From an uncultured Chloroflexia bacterium (lineage in GTDB: Bacteria; Chloroflexota; Limnocylindria; Limnocylindrales; CSP1-4), in the NCBI GenBank assembly GCA_963713795.1, contig CAVQNC010000010.1, positions 346,375-410,374 on the forward strand: a DNA stretch of 64,000 bases. The letters run 5' to 3'. The notes under the pieces were generated by a model. It had not been told where the DNA came from and ran no database searches. It saw only the letters and a list, made by a program, of their open reading frames with translations. This document shows, in pieces, positions 1 to 10,370 of the stretch (position 1 is its first letter; each line of letters starts with the position of its first letter). The position numbers were made by a program, and so were the translations under genes.

Positions 1-85
1 GCCAAAGCCCTTCCGCAGTCGAATCTCCCGCGGCGGTTTCCCGGGCGGCGCGGCCGTCGAGCCGCCGCAGGCGCCGGCCGTCCCT

Positions 86-2365
86 GTGAGTACGCGGGCA
101 GAGATGCTCCAGCGGGTTATCGACGCGTTCGACTCGCTGGTGGTGGTCGTGTCGCCCGATTGCAGCCTGTGGCTGTGGAATCGACGGTGCGACGACACTG
201 CGGGGGTTCCGCTGGCCGAAGCTGCCGGCCGGCCCATCTGGTCGGTCGTTCGCCTGCCCTCGAAGCTGCGGCCGGCGGCAGAGCAGGCCGTCGACCGGCT
301 TCTGGCGGGAGAGGAACGCAGCGTCGAGTTCCTGTCTCTCTGGCTCCGCAAGGATGGCCGCAAGGCCCGGGTCGCGTGGACGGCGCGGCTGGTCGACTGG
401 GGCGACGACCTTCGCTTCATTGTGGCCACCGGTGTCGAGACGACCCGAGGTCACCGCGTGGCCCGTGAAATCGCCGAGACGGAATCGCGCTTCGAGACGC
501 TCCTGGAGGTCCTGCCGGACCCGGTGATCGTCCATCAGGACGGCCGGGTCGTCTTTGCCAATCGGGCGGCCGCGGAGATGTACCGCGCTGGGAGCGTCGA
601 GGATCTGCTGGGCCTGTCCGTCATGGAGTTCGTCGCCCAGGAGCATCGAGGGCTCGTGCTGGACAGGATGACCTCGATGCGGGAGACGGGCCAAGTCGTA
701 CCGATGGCCGAAGAGAGTCACCTCAGGCTGGACGGCAGCGGCTTCGACGTGGAGGTCGTCGCGGCGCCGGTCACCTTCGACGGTCATCCCGCGATCGAGC
801 TGGTCGCCCGCGACATCACGACACGCAAGACGACCGAGGCTGCCCTGCGAGCCAGCGAGGCTCGCGTTCGCGCGGTATTCGACCAGTCCTCGCTCGGCAT
901 GCTGCTGGTCGACAGGGACGGGCGCTCGGTCGAGACCAATGCCGCGTTCAGGCGGCTCCTGGGCTACGACGCGGCCGAACTAGGCCGTCTCACGGTTGCC
1001 GACTACACGCACCCGGCCGACGTCGAGGCGAGCGTGAGGCTTCTCAGGGATCTATTCGCGGGCCGCAACGACGGGTACGAGCTGGAGAAGCGCTACGTGA
1101 CCCGGGGTGGTCTGGAGATCTGGGTACGCGTCCACGTCTCCCCGGTCCGGGATGGTTCGGGCGTGCCAGAGGTCGCCGTTGGAACTGTGGAGGACATCAC
1201 CGCGCACAAGACCCTGGAGGACCAGCTGCGCCAGTCTTCGAAGATGGAGGCCCTGGGAAGGCTGGCCGGAGGCGTCGCCCACGACTTCCGAAACACGCTG
1301 CAGGCTGTCCTCGGATTCGCGGAGCTCCTCGTGGACTCGCTCGAAGGCGATGAGCGCGCGGCGGATGCCGTCCAGATTCGCGAGGCGGCGCTCCGGGCGA
1401 CGGAGCTCACCGATCAACTGCTGGCCTTCGGCAGGCCGAGCAAGCGGGCCCAGGAACCCGTGGACCTGAACTGCCGCATCGAGGCGATGGCACCCATGTT
1501 GCGGCGCCTGCTCAGCGAGGACATCGACTTCGCGACCCGGCTCGATCAGTCCGTGGGTTCCATCGACGCCGACCCGAGCCAGCTCGACCAGGTGGTAATG
1601 AACCTCGTCGTGAACGGCCGCGACGCGATGCCGGCCGGTGGCTCGTTGACCGTGTCCACCCGAGCCGTCGCCCCGGGCGGGGTCGTCGGCCGCGGCGGCG
1701 CCGGCAAAGGCTGGGTGCGACTCGAGATAGCCGATTCCGGAACCGGCATGGATCCGGAAACGCTCGAGCACATCTTCGAGCCCTTCTTCACGACGAAGAC
1801 AAAGGGCAGGGGAACCGGTCTGGGCCTGGCCACCGTCTACCGCATCGTCCAGCAGATGGGCGGCCGGGTGTGGGCCGAATCGAGCGTGGGCCTGGGCTCG
1901 CGCTTCGTCGTGGAACTGCCACAGAGCGACGCACTTCCGACGAAGGCGGACGCCGGCGGGAACGTCCCGGCCCCGGCCTCCCGGACCGGTGGGACGGTTC
2001 TGCTTGTGGAAGACGAACCCTTCGTTCGTGACTTCTGCAGGCGGGCGTTGTTGGCGGACGGGTACCTGGTCCACGCGGCGGGCCCGCGCGAAGCCCTGGC
2101 CGCGGCCGACTCGATCGGTTCGTCGCTGGACATCCTCGTGACCGACGTGGTCATGCCGGATTTCGACGGGCCGACGATCGCGGCCGCCCTGAGATCGCGC
2201 CGCAGCGATCTGAGGATCCTGTTCATTTCCGGCTATCCGCGCGACCTGGGAGACGAGCTTGCGGGCCCCGCGGCTGCGGGCGCAGTCCTGCCCAAACCGT
2301 TCACACAGCGGGAGTTGTGCGACGCCGTGCGCCGGGCTCTAGACCGACCGGCTCCGGCCGGGTAG
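86..2365 (+). CDS. Hybrid sensor histidine kinase: multiple PAS domains, then HisKA, HATPase_c and a C-terminal receiver domain
   Basis: H-box [17 protein letters not shown]; G-box [21 protein letters not shown]; C-terminal REC with [13 protein letters not shown]...[13 protein letters not shown]; repeated PAS-like blocks in the N-terminal 550 aa. Confidence 0.85.
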   Translation: MSTRAEMLQRVIDAFDSLVVVVSPDCSLWLWNRRCDDTAGVPLAEAAGRPIWSVVRLPSKLRPAAEQAVDRLLAGEERSVEFLSLWLRKDGRKARVAWTARLVDWGDDLRFIVATGVETTRGHRVAREIAETESRFETLLEVLPDPVIVHQDGRVVFANRAAAEMYRAGSVEDLLGLSVMEFVAQEHRGLVLDRMTSMRETGQVVPMAEESHLRLDGSGFDVEVVAAPVTFDGHPAIELVARDITTRKTTEAALRASEARVRAVFDQSSLGMLLVDRDGRSVETNAAFRRLLGYDAAELGRLTVADYTHPADVEASVRLLRDLFAGRNDGYELEKRYVTRGGLEIWVRVHVSPVRDGSGVPEVAVGTVEDITAHKTLEDQLRQSSKMEALGRLAGGVAHDFRNTLQAVLGFAELLVDSLEGDERAADAVQIREAALRATELTDQLLAFGRPSKRAQEPVDLNCRIEAMAPMLRRLLSEDIDFATRLDQSVGSIDADPSQLDQVVMNLVVNGRDAMPAGGSLTVSTRAVAPGGVVGRGGAGKGWVRLEIADSGTGMDPETLEHIFEPFFTTKTKGRGTGLGLATVYRIVQQMGGRVWAESSVGLGSRFVVELPQSDALPTKADAGGNVPAPASRTGGTVLLVEDEPFVRDFCRRALLADGYLVHAAGPREALAAADSIGSSLDILVTDVVMPDFDGPTIAAALRSRRSDLRILFISGYPRDLGDELAGPAAAGAVLPKPFTQRELCDAVRRALDRPAPAG

Positions 2366-2393
2366 CGGGCCGGCGTCCCCGACGTGCCGGGAG

Positions 2394-2789
2394 CTAGCTG
2401 ATCGTGACGACGTGGACCAGGTCGATCAGGACATAGAGAACGGCCATCGTGGCCGCCAGGGCCCCTCCGATCACCAGGATGCGCCGCACGTCCCGGACCA
2501 CGTACGCGTACTCCTCGGCCGCGCGGGCGGCCAGCAGACCCTGGCTGCCGGCCCGTCCCGCCCGCGTGGTATCGCTGGTCCGACCACGTTCGCGCGCTCG
2601 AGCCCGACCGGCGTCGGCGTCGCGCTCCTGGGCGACGATCTGGGACTCCAGCTCCGCGGCACGAGCTTCTTCGGCGGCCGACAGCGCCCCGGCCGGTCGG
2701 GCCGGGGGACGTGACTGGGGTCTGGCCGGACTGCGCCTGTCGGTATGCCGCTGGCCGGGCCGGTTCGATCCGCGAGTGCGCTTGGCCAT
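2394..2789 (-). CDS. Hypothetical Arg/Ala-rich protein with a C-terminal transmembrane anchor
   Basis: 131-aa ORF, charged low-complexity N-terminus, hydrophobic tail ILVIGGALAATMAVLYVLIDLV; divergent from the next gene. Confidence 0.35.
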   Translation of the reverse strand: MAKRTRGSNRPGQRHTDRRSPARPQSRPPARPAGALSAAEEARAAELESQIVAQERDADAGRARARERGRTSDTTRAGRAGSQGLLAARAAEEYAYVVRDVRRILVIGGALAATMAVLYVLIDLVHVVTIS

Positions 2790-2997
2790 GTTCTGTGAGA
2801 GGCCTCCGTAGACTCAGTCGTTGGCGAACGCGGGGCGAACGTCGCCGGTGGTTCCCTGCAAGCTTTCGCTCGCGTCGAGGATAACATCCTGCCGGGACCC
2901 GCCGGGCCCGCCATCACTCGACGGCGCCGTGGGGTTGGGCCGCCAGGACCCATCCGCCGGGGGCTGGTAGACTCCGGGCGATCGAGCGGAGGTACGT

Positions 2998-3870
2998 GTG
3001 ATCGACTTCTTTACCAGCAACGTGGCTGCCATCGTGTTGGTGGTGGCGGGCTTGTGCCTGCTTGCGATCGTGATGATGCAGTCGCTCCAGGTCAGCAAGC
3101 TCAATCAACGCATCGGCCAGATAACCGGAGGGGTGGAGGGCGGCGATCTGGAGGAGATCCTGAGCCATCACCTCGAGACAGTTCACCAGGTCGGTCGCGA
3201 CCTCGACGAACTGACGGCCAGGATAGCGATCCTCGAAAGCACCTCTCGCCACCACTTCACGCGTCAGGGACTGATTCGATTCAATCCTTTCCCGGATACC
3301 GGCGGGAACCAGAGCTTCGCTCTGGCCTTGCTGGACGAGTCGGATGACGGTTTCATCGTCAGCAGCCTGCATTCCCGAACCGGCACCAGGATCTACGCCA
3401 AGGCGGTGACCGGCGGAAAGGCCGATACGAGCCTGTCGGCCGAGGAGCAGGAAGCGATAGACGACGCCAGGTCCAAGCGGCCGGCCCGCCCGGCAACCCC
3501 GGCCCGCTCCGCCGCCGCCGGCCGGACCGCGGCGGTCGCGGCCACCCCGGTGGATGCGCCCGCGCCGCCGGCCCGATCGCGGACCGTTTCGACGCCTCAG
3601 CAGCCTCCGGCGCCCAATCCGGCTCCCGTGGCGGACGCACCGGCCGCTCCCGCTGTGGACGTGGCTCCAGTCGTGGCTCCAGTCGTGGCGGCGGCGCCGG
3701 TGGAGTCGACCATCCCGGCGCGTGAGATGGCCCACCGACCGGCCGGCGAGCGGGCCAAGGGCCAGGAGAAAGCCCCCACCGAGGCTGCTCCGGTGGACGC
3801 CGCGCCGGTCGCGGACGAGCGCGTCGATCGCAAGCCGGGGGTACCGCCAGCGGCCTTGGGGCAGCACTAG
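2998..3870 (+). CDS. DUF4446-like membrane protein (N-terminal TM, coiled coil, conserved core) with a Pro/Ala-rich disordered tail
   Basis: N-terminal TM AAIVLVVAGLCLLAIVMM; core RFNPFPDTGGNQSFALALLDESDDGFIVSSLHSRTGTRIYAKAV resembles the DUF4446 core as I recall it; the C-terminal 130 aa are PA-rich. Confidence 0.55.
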   Translation: MIDFFTSNVAAIVLVVAGLCLLAIVMMQSLQVSKLNQRIGQITGGVEGGDLEEILSHHLETVHQVGRDLDELTARIAILESTSRHHFTRQGLIRFNPFPDTGGNQSFALALLDESDDGFIVSSLHSRTGTRIYAKAVTGGKADTSLSAEEQEAIDDARSKRPARPATPARSAAAGRTAAVAATPVDAPAPPARSRTVSTPQQPPAPNPAPVADAPAAPAVDVAPVVAPVVAAAPVESTIPAREMAHRPAGERAKGQEKAPTEAAPVDAAPVADERVDRKPGVPPAALGQH

Positions 3871-3927
3871 GCGGTCGACCCAGGCTGTGACACGTGAGAT
3901 GTCACTGATCCCGGCGAGTCTTTCGGC

Positions 3928-6900
3928 ATGACACGCCGGGGCCGTCGGTCGTCCACACGCGGGCCTGGCCCACTCGAACAGATACCGGTCTGGTGGTCGC
4001 CCCCCGAGTCGGACGAGCGAACCGCGGACGCTCCGAACGGAGTGGAATCCCTTCTCGCCGGGCTGAACCCGGAGCAACGGCGGGCCGTTTGTCATGGCGA
4101 CGGCCCGCTGCTCGTCGTCGCCGGGGCCGGAACGGGCAAGACCCAGGTGATCACTCGCCGCATTGCCTGGCTCATCGCCACTCGCAGGGCTCGCCCTTCC
4201 GAGATCCTGGCCCTGACCTTCACGGACAAGGCCGCGGATGAGATGCAGACCCGCGTCGACCAGCTCGTTCCGTACGGCTACACGGACGCTGCCGTGTCCA
4301 CCTTCCACGCCTTCGGTGACCGGCTCGTCCGTGAATTCGCGCTCGAGCTGGGTCTGCCCACCGACTCCAGGGTCCTCTCCCGGCCTGAAGTCGTGATCTT
4401 CCTGCGCGAGCGGCTCTTCGAGTTCGAGCTGGACCTGTACCGGCCGCTGGGGGATCCGACGCGGTTCCTCGGGGCCCTCGCGGCCCTGTTCAGCCGCTGC
4501 AAGGACGAGGACGTCGCGCCCGGCTCGTACCTCGAGTACGCGGCCGGCCTGGCCTCGCGGGCGGCCGAGTGTCGTTTAGGCCCTGCGGGCGATCCGGCCG
4601 CGGCCGACGCGGCGGCCGCCCTGGAGGAGGAGGCCCGCCGCCAAAGCGAGCTGGCCCGGGCCTACGATCGCTATCAGACGCTGCTGAGACAGGCCGGCCT
4701 GATCGACTTCGGAGACCAGGTGAGCCTCGGCCTGAAGTTGCTTCGTGAATCGGCCGCGGCCAGGGTCGAACTCCAGCGCCGTTACCGCTACATCCTGGTG
4801 GACGAGTTCCAGGACACCAACCGCGCCCAGTCGGAGCTTGTGGAGCTGCTGGCCGCGCCCCACGGCAACGTGACGGTCGTAGGCGACGACGATCAGTCGA
4901 TCTACAAGTTCCGCGGCGCCGCCATCAGCAACATCATTGAATTCAAGCGGCGTCATCCGCGGGCCCGCCAGATCGTCCTGAGGCGCAACTACCGGTCGCG
5001 GAGTCCGATACTGGATGCCAGCTACCGCCTGGTCAGGTTCAACGATCCGGACCGGCTGGAGTTCCGAAACGGGATAGACAAGCGGCTCGTCGCCGAGCGG
5101 CGCGGGGCGGAACTGCCCGTCCGTCACCTCGTCTTCGCCACCGGATCGGAGGAGGCGGACCAGATCGCCCGGGAGATCGCGGGTCGGATAGGCGGCGGGG
5201 CCCGGCCTCGCGACTTCGCCATCCTGGTCCGGACGAACGCCGACGCGGACCCGCTCCTGCGCAGCCTGAACCTGGTGGCCGTGCCGTGGCGTTTCTCCGG
5301 CAGCTCCGGGCTGTACGCGCGGCCGGAGATCCGGCTGCTGCTGGCGTTTCTGCGAGCAATCGCGGATCTTTCCGCCAGCGTCGACGTGTACGCCCTGGCC
5401 GCGTCGGAGGTGTACGGCCTGGGCGGGCCGGACCTGACGGCGATAGTCAACAGCGCTCGACGTCGCAACCGTGCCCTGTGGGAAGTTCTCGAGGAGCTGA
5501 CCCGTCAGCCCGGACTGCTGCGGCTAGCCCCGGAGACACGCGCCGCGCTGGAGCGCCTGGTGGGCGACCTGCGGCGCTTCACCGACCTGGCTCACGAGCG
5601 CCCCGCCGGAGAGGTGCTCTACCGGTTCCTGCGGGAGAGCGGCCTGCTGTCCAGGCTGGCCTCCACGGACTCGGTGGCCGCCGAGGAGGCGCTCCAGAAC
5701 ATCGCTCGCTTCTTCGACATCATCCGGTCGCAGGCAGACCTTCTACCGGACGATCGCGTCGTCTTCGTGGCCCGGCACCTGCAGACTCTCATCGACGCCG
5801 GTGACGATCCGGCGACGGCGGAGGTGGACTCCGAGGCCGACGCGGTCGCGGTGCTGACCGTGCACAAGGCCAAGGGCCTCGAGTTCGCGGTCGTCTTCTT
5901 GACGGGCCTGGTCGACGGCCGGTTTCCGGCCCGGACGCGCCGCGATCAGCTGGCCCTCCCGGCGGAACTCGTCCATGAGACGCTCCCGGAGGGCGACGCG
6001 CACCTCGAGGAGGAACGACGGCTCTTCTACGTGGGCATGACGCGGGCCCGGGACGAACTGGTGCTCAGCCACGCCGCCGATTACGGCGGGCGGCGGGCCA
6101 GGCGCGTCTCCCAGTTCGTGCTCGAGGCGCTCGACCTGCCGGCGTCGGCGGCGACGGGCGCGGTCGCCGATGTCGCCGCTCACGCGCCCCTCGAGCGGCT
6201 GGCCGGATTCGAGCCTGTCGCAGGGCCGGTCGAGCCCGGCCGCGAGCCGGTCGAGGGGCCGCTGTCCCTGAGCTTCTACCAGGTCGACGACTACCTGACC
6301 TGCCCGCTGAAGTACAAGTACGTCCACGTTCTCCGGGTGCCGATCGCGCCTCACCACTCCATCGTCTACGGCTCCGCCCTGCACCAGGCCGTGCAGGAGT
6401 TCCATCGCCGCCAGGCACGCGGCCACCTCATGACCGAAGAAGAGCTGCTCGAGGCCTTCGATCGGGCCTGGTCCAACGAGGGCTTCCTGACGCGCGAGCA
6501 CGAGGAGGCGCGTCTGGCCGCCGGGCGGGCCGCGCTGCGCCGGTTCCGCGAGGATCAACTTCGGCCCGGAACCATCGTGCCGGCCTACGTCGAGCGTGAG
6601 TTCAGCTTCAGCCTGGACGGAGACCGCGTCCGCGGCCGGATGGATCGCGTCGACATCGAGCGGCTGCCGGAGGACGCGTCGGATGCTCGCGCGGCCGCGG
6701 GGGCGGGACAGCTCGCGGATGCCGTCGCGCCGGCCCTGCCCGGCCTTTATCCGGAGCACGTCACGATCACCGACTACAAGTCGAGCGACGTCCGCGACCC
6801 GGTCCGCGCCCGGGAGCGGGCGCGGGAGTCGCTGCAGCTCCAGATCTACGCCATGGCCTACCAGGCCGAGACGGGCCGGCTGCCGGACGTCCTGCAGCTC

Positions 6901-7086
6901 TGGTTCCTCGAGTCGGGCCTGGTCGGTCGGGTCGAGGTGGACGAGAAGCGGCTCGTGCGGGCCCGGGAGTCCATCCGCCGAGCCGCCGGGGGCATTCGAG
7001 CGCGCCGGTTCGAGGCCACGCCCGACTATCTCGCGTGCGGGTACTGCGCCTTCCGTGACATCTGCCCGGCGAGTGCGGCCAGATGA
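3928..7086 (+). CDS. UvrD/PcrA-family ATP-dependent DNA helicase fused to a C-terminal PD-(D/E)XK (Cas4/AddB-like, Cys-cluster) nuclease
   Basis: Helicase motif I LVVAGAGTGKTQVITRRIAWL; ILVDEFQDTN; VLTVHKAKGLEF; C-terminal nuclease with CPLKYKY, TITDYKS and YLACGYCAFRDICP cysteines. Confidence 0.85.
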   Translation: MTRRGRRSSTRGPGPLEQIPVWWSPPESDERTADAPNGVESLLAGLNPEQRRAVCHGDGPLLVVAGAGTGKTQVITRRIAWLIATRRARPSEILALTFTDKAADEMQTRVDQLVPYGYTDAAVSTFHAFGDRLVREFALELGLPTDSRVLSRPEVVIFLRERLFEFELDLYRPLGDPTRFLGALAALFSRCKDEDVAPGSYLEYAAGLASRAAECRLGPAGDPAAADAAAALEEEARRQSELARAYDRYQTLLRQAGLIDFGDQVSLGLKLLRESAAARVELQRRYRYILVDEFQDTNRAQSELVELLAAPHGNVTVVGDDDQSIYKFRGAAISNIIEFKRRHPRARQIVLRRNYRSRSPILDASYRLVRFNDPDRLEFRNGIDKRLVAERRGAELPVRHLVFATGSEEADQIAREIAGRIGGGARPRDFAILVRTNADADPLLRSLNLVAVPWRFSGSSGLYARPEIRLLLAFLRAIADLSASVDVYALAASEVYGLGGPDLTAIVNSARRRNRALWEVLEELTRQPGLLRLAPETRAALERLVGDLRRFTDLAHERPAGEVLYRFLRESGLLSRLASTDSVAAEEALQNIARFFDIIRSQADLLPDDRVVFVARHLQTLIDAGDDPATAEVDSEADAVAVLTVHKAKGLEFAVVFLTGLVDGRFPARTRRDQLALPAELVHETLPEGDAHLEEERRLFYVGMTRARDELVLSHAADYGGRRARRVSQFVLEALDLPASAATGAVADVAAHAPLERLAGFEPVAGPVEPGREPVEGPLSLSFYQVDDYLTCPLKYKYVHVLRVPIAPHHSIVYGSALHQAVQEFHRRQARGHLMTEEELLEAFDRAWSNEGFLTREHEEARLAAGRAALRRFREDQLRPGTIVPAYVEREFSFSLDGDRVRGRMDRVDIERLPEDASDARAAAGAGQLADAVAPALPGLYPEHVTITDYKSSDVRDPVRARERARESLQLQIYAMAYQAETGRLPDVLQLWFLESGLVGRVEVDEKRLVRARESIRRAAGGIRARRFEATPDYLACGYCAFRDICPASAAR

Positions 7087-7868
7087 TCGACGGCATCCGG
7101 GCCATCACCTTCGACTTCGGCAACACGCTCGTCCCGTTTCCGGCCGCGCCGATGTCGAAGGTCGTCGACCTGACGGCGGAGACGGCCGCCGGGCTGGTCG
7201 GCTGCCCGGCCGGTGAATTCGTGCGCGTCTGGGGCGAGGAACGCCTCCGCCAGTTCGCCGAGGATGTTCCCGAGGGCCGCGAGGCCGACATGGACGTTCG
7301 TGTCGTAAGAGTCCTGGCCAGGCTCCGAGGCCGGCCCGCGCCGCCCGCGAACGAGCGCTGGGACGACGCCGCCATCCGGGCGTACACCGACCCGCGCGAG
7401 ATCGAGGCGATCCTCGACGCATACGCGGCCGCCTTCGTCCGCAACACGCCGGTACCGCCGGAGATCGGTCCCATGCTCGAGAGGCTGGCCTGCGACCGCC
7501 GCCTGGCGGTCGTCTCGAACTGGCCGCTGGCTCTTTCGATCGACCGCTTCCTGGAGTTCGCCGGGTGGCGCCGCCACCTGGCGGCGGTGGTCGTATCCCA
7601 GCGAGTAGGGGTCATCAAGCCCCGCTCTGGGATCTTCGAGGCGGCGGCCCGTGAGATCGGTTTCGTCTCGGGCCCAGCGATCCTGCATGTCGGCGACGAC
7701 CTCGGGGCCGACGTGGTCGGAGCCCACGGTGTCGGCTGGAGGGCGGCCTGGGTCCTGGTCAAGCCGGAGGACTCGCCTCTGCCGGTGGCGCCGCCGGTTC
7801 CGGGGGCCGAGCCAGACCTCACGATCGATACAGTCCTGGATCTCGAGCGGGCGCTTGGGCTGCCCTAG
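7083..7868 (+). CDS. HAD-superfamily hydrolase (phosphatase)
   Basis: Motif I ITFDFGNTLVP (DxG); motif IV VGDDLGADVVGAHGVGW; start overlaps the helicase stop (ATGA). Confidence 0.75.
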   Translation: MIDGIRAITFDFGNTLVPFPAAPMSKVVDLTAETAAGLVGCPAGEFVRVWGEERLRQFAEDVPEGREADMDVRVVRVLARLRGRPAPPANERWDDAAIRAYTDPREIEAILDAYAAAFVRNTPVPPEIGPMLERLACDRRLAVVSNWPLALSIDRFLEFAGWRRHLAAVVVSQRVGVIKPRSGIFEAAAREIGFVSGPAILHVGDDLGADVVGAHGVGWRAAWVLVKPEDSPLPVAPPVPGAEPDLTIDTVLDLERALGLP

Positions 7869-9005
7869 TGTCCCGAAGCGTAGCAGGCTAGGCAGTTCGG
7901 CCGTTCGCAGCTACGATTCGGTGCATGCCGAACCACCCAGCCCCTCCACTTGTCATCAGCGAGTCCGAACGAGCGTCACTGCGGGCCCTCCTGCGAGCAG
8001 GCACGACCGAGCAACGCCTCGTGATGCGAGCCCGGATCGTGCTCGCCGCCGCAGACGGGACCGCGAACGAACGCATAGCTGCGCAGCTCGGAGTCCATCG
8101 GATGACGGTGCTGCTGTGGCGCGGACGCTTTCTCCGTGAACGCATGGCGGTCTGGCCGATGCACCCCGACCTGGCCGAGAGCCGACCTACGATCGGGCCG
8201 CTCGGGACCGGGTCATCGCCTTCACCCTGGAGCCGCCGCCTTTCGGGACTACCCACTGGAGTTCGCGGGCAATGGCGGCCCGAACCGGCATCAGTGTCAC
8301 GACCGTCCAGCGCATCTGGGCCGAGGCTGGCCTGAAGCCCCACCGGGTCGAGACGTTCAAGTTCAGCACCGATCCCGAGCTCGTGGCCAAGGTCCGCGAT
8401 GTGGTCGGTCTGTACCTGGCTCCACCGGAGCGAGCCATCGTCCTATCGGTCGACGAGAAGACTCAGATCCAGGCTCTCGATCGCACGGCCCCGATGCTGC
8501 CCATGAAGCCTGGCCAGGTCGAGCGCCATACCCACGACTATCGGCGCAACGGCACCACCCACCTGTTCGCCGCACTCGAAGTCGCCACCGGCAAGGTCAC
8601 CGCGCAGGCGAGGGCTCGCCACACGGCCGCCGACTTCCTCGCCTTCCTGCGTCAGGTCGAACGGGCCTATCCCGAGGCTGAACTCGCGGTCGTGCTCGAC
8701 AACGTCAGCTCCCACAAGACACTCGCCATCCGAGAGTGGCTCGAAGCTCATCCGCGAGTGAGCTTCCACTTCACGCCAACCAGCGCGTCGTGGATGAACC
8801 AGATCGAGACCTGGTTCGGCATCCTTTCCCGTCAGGCTATCCGCCGGGGGAGCTTTCGGTCGGTCAAGGAGCTGATTGCGATGATCACCGCGTTCACGGT
8901 CCAGTGGAACGAAGGCTCAACGCCCTTCCACTGGGTCAAGACCGCCGACCAGATCCTGGCCAAAGCAGTGCGCAAGCCGTCAGCGATCGGCAAATCGGGG
9001 CACTA
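7866..9005 (+). mobile_element. IS630-family insertion sequence (about 1.14 kb) flanked by a TA target duplication, with imperfect terminal inverted repeats
   Basis: Left end TA|GTGTCCCGAAG; right end reverse complement TA|GTGCCCCGATTTG; TA at 7866-7867 and 9004-9005; the two ORFs inside have IS630 HTH and DDE transposase signatures. Confidence 0.75.
7925..8335 (+). CDS. IS630 transposase N-terminal (HTH) part; orfA of a frameshifted transposase
   Basis: ISESERASLRALLRAGTTEQRLVMRARIVLAAADGTANERIAAQLGVHRMTVLLWRGRF, the typical IS630 HTH; the conserved RVIAFTLEPPPFGTTHWS continues in the -1 frame. Confidence 0.7.
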   Translation: MPNHPAPPLVISESERASLRALLRAGTTEQRLVMRARIVLAAADGTANERIAAQLGVHRMTVLLWRGRFLRERMAVWPMHPDLAESRPTIGPLGTGSSPSPWSRRLSGLPTGVRGQWRPEPASVSRPSSASGPRLA

Positions 9006-9006
9006 G
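8272..9006 (+). CDS. IS630 transposase DDE catalytic part (orfB)
   Basis: SVDEKTQIQAL, HDYRRNGTTHLFAAL, VVLDNVSSHKT, HFTPTSASWMNQIETWF, the DDE_3/IS630 motifs; in the -1 frame relative to orfA. Confidence 0.8.
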   Translation: MAARTGISVTTVQRIWAEAGLKPHRVETFKFSTDPELVAKVRDVVGLYLAPPERAIVLSVDEKTQIQALDRTAPMLPMKPGQVERHTHDYRRNGTTHLFAALEVATGKVTAQARARHTAADFLAFLRQVERAYPEAELAVVLDNVSSHKTLAIREWLEAHPRVSFHFTPTSASWMNQIETWFGILSRQAIRRGSFRSVKELIAMITAFTVQWNEGSTPFHWVKTADQILAKAVRKPSAIGKSGH

Positions 9007-9033
9007 TCGGCAACGGCTGAGTAGACTGGCGGG

Positions 9034-9408
9034 GTGGGAGCGAAGGATCGGCTGGGCAACTGGTTCTTCATCGGGGCTGCCGTCGTCGCATGGTTGGTGG
9101 TGGGGCAGATCGTGACCACGACCTATCCGCAGGGCAGCCCAACCTCCGGGCTCCTCGGCGCAGCGACGATCGGCCTGGCCTGCGGCCTGACAACGGTGCC
9201 GCTCTTCTGGCTGGTGGCATTCGCACGGCATCGTCGGATCGCCCTGCTGGGCGACTGGAGCCGGGCCATCCGGCGAGGCGCCTGGGTGGCAGTCGTCATC
9301 GCGCTGCTGGTTGCGCTTCGCATCCAGTCGGTCTTGAGCCTGCCGATCGCCGTGTTCGTCGTCGTGCTCGTCCTCATGGCCGAGATCACCCTCTCCATGG
9401 AACGCTGA
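9034..9408 (+). CDS. Small polytopic membrane protein, hypothetical
   Basis: 124 aa with four hydrophobic segments; no recognisable motif. Confidence 0.45.
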   Translation: MGAKDRLGNWFFIGAAVVAWLVVGQIVTTTYPQGSPTSGLLGAATIGLACGLTTVPLFWLVAFARHRRIALLGDWSRAIRRGAWVAVVIALLVALRIQSVLSLPIAVFVVVLVLMAEITLSMER

Positions 9409-9542
9409 TCGGTCGCACCCGGGAGATTGGTTGGGGGCCTTGGGCTCGCCCGATCCGTGGTTCGTGGCGGCGTTCGCGGCACGGTTCGGCCGGCGCTCGC
9501 GCGCCCCGGTGGACGTGATCCAGACGCGCTAGGCTGTACGAG

Positions 9543-10358
9543 ATGGCACAGCCCAAACGCGACCCCAAGACGCAGGCCGCCCTGGCCCGGCTGTACGACC
9601 TCGACCTCGTCGAGGATCCGGGCGACCTGGATCTGTACCTCGCGCTGGCGGCGCGGACCGGTGGGCCGGTCCTGGAGATCGCGGCCGGATCCGGCAGGGT
9701 GGCGGTACCGCTGGCGGAGGCCGGCTACGAGGTCACCGCCGTGGACATCGACGCGGCGATGCTCGCGCGGGCGCAGAAGGCCGCCGCGGGCGCAGGGCGG
9801 GCGGTGGAGAAGCGCGTCGAGCTGATCCAGGCCGACCTGATAGGACTCGCTCTCCCGGGTGGCGCCAGATACCGGCTGGCCATTCTGGCGTTGAACTCCA
9901 TCCTTCTGCTCGACACCCGCGACATGCAGGTTGCCGCGCTGGAGGCCATGGCCCGGCACCTGCTGCCGGGCGGGATCGCCGTCGTCGACGCCTGGCTGCC
10001 CGGCGCCGACGAGCTGGCCAGGTACGACGGCCGCCTGGGCCTAGAGTACGTTCGGTACGAACCCGAGACCGGTCTTCTGGTGACCAAGACCGCGGCCGCT
10101 CAGCACGAGCCGGCGACCGGCAGGGTCGTGCTGACCTCGTTCTACGAGGAGGGCGAGCAAGGCGGCCCGGTCAGCCGTTGGGTCCGTGAGGATCGCCTTC
10201 GGTTGCTGAACGCAGACGATCTGAGTGTCATGGCCCAGTCGGCAGGCCTCGATCCCGAGGTTGTGGCGGGCGGGTACGACCTTGATCCGATCGGGCCCCA
10301 GGACGATCGGGCAGTCCTGGTAGCGCGGAGGCGGGGGGAACCCGCCCCGCGAGCTTGA
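9543..10358 (+). CDS. Class I SAM-dependent methyltransferase
   Basis: VLEIAAGSGRVAVPLAEAGYEVTAVDID, the Rossmann motif I and acidic motif II. Confidence 0.75.
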   Translation: MAQPKRDPKTQAALARLYDLDLVEDPGDLDLYLALAARTGGPVLEIAAGSGRVAVPLAEAGYEVTAVDIDAAMLARAQKAAAGAGRAVEKRVELIQADLIGLALPGGARYRLAILALNSILLLDTRDMQVAALEAMARHLLPGGIAVVDAWLPGADELARYDGRLGLEYVRYEPETGLLVTKTAAAQHEPATGRVVLTSFYEEGEQGGPVSRWVREDRLRLLNADDLSVMAQSAGLDPEVVAGGYDLDPIGPQDDRAVLVARRRGEPAPRA

Positions 10359-10370
10359 TATAGTCGCTCC

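Noticed and set aside
2914-4308. 464-aa minus-strand ORF, and similar ones at 5743-6759, 6767-7822, 9123-9959, 10608-11510, 12123-13520, 13753-14706, 14928-16265, 18160-19926, 28576-29799, 31351-32457, 33267-34979, 38192-39976
   Set aside because: Each lies opposite a motif-bearing gene. Long stop-free antisense frames are expected at about 70% GC, and none has recognisable domains.
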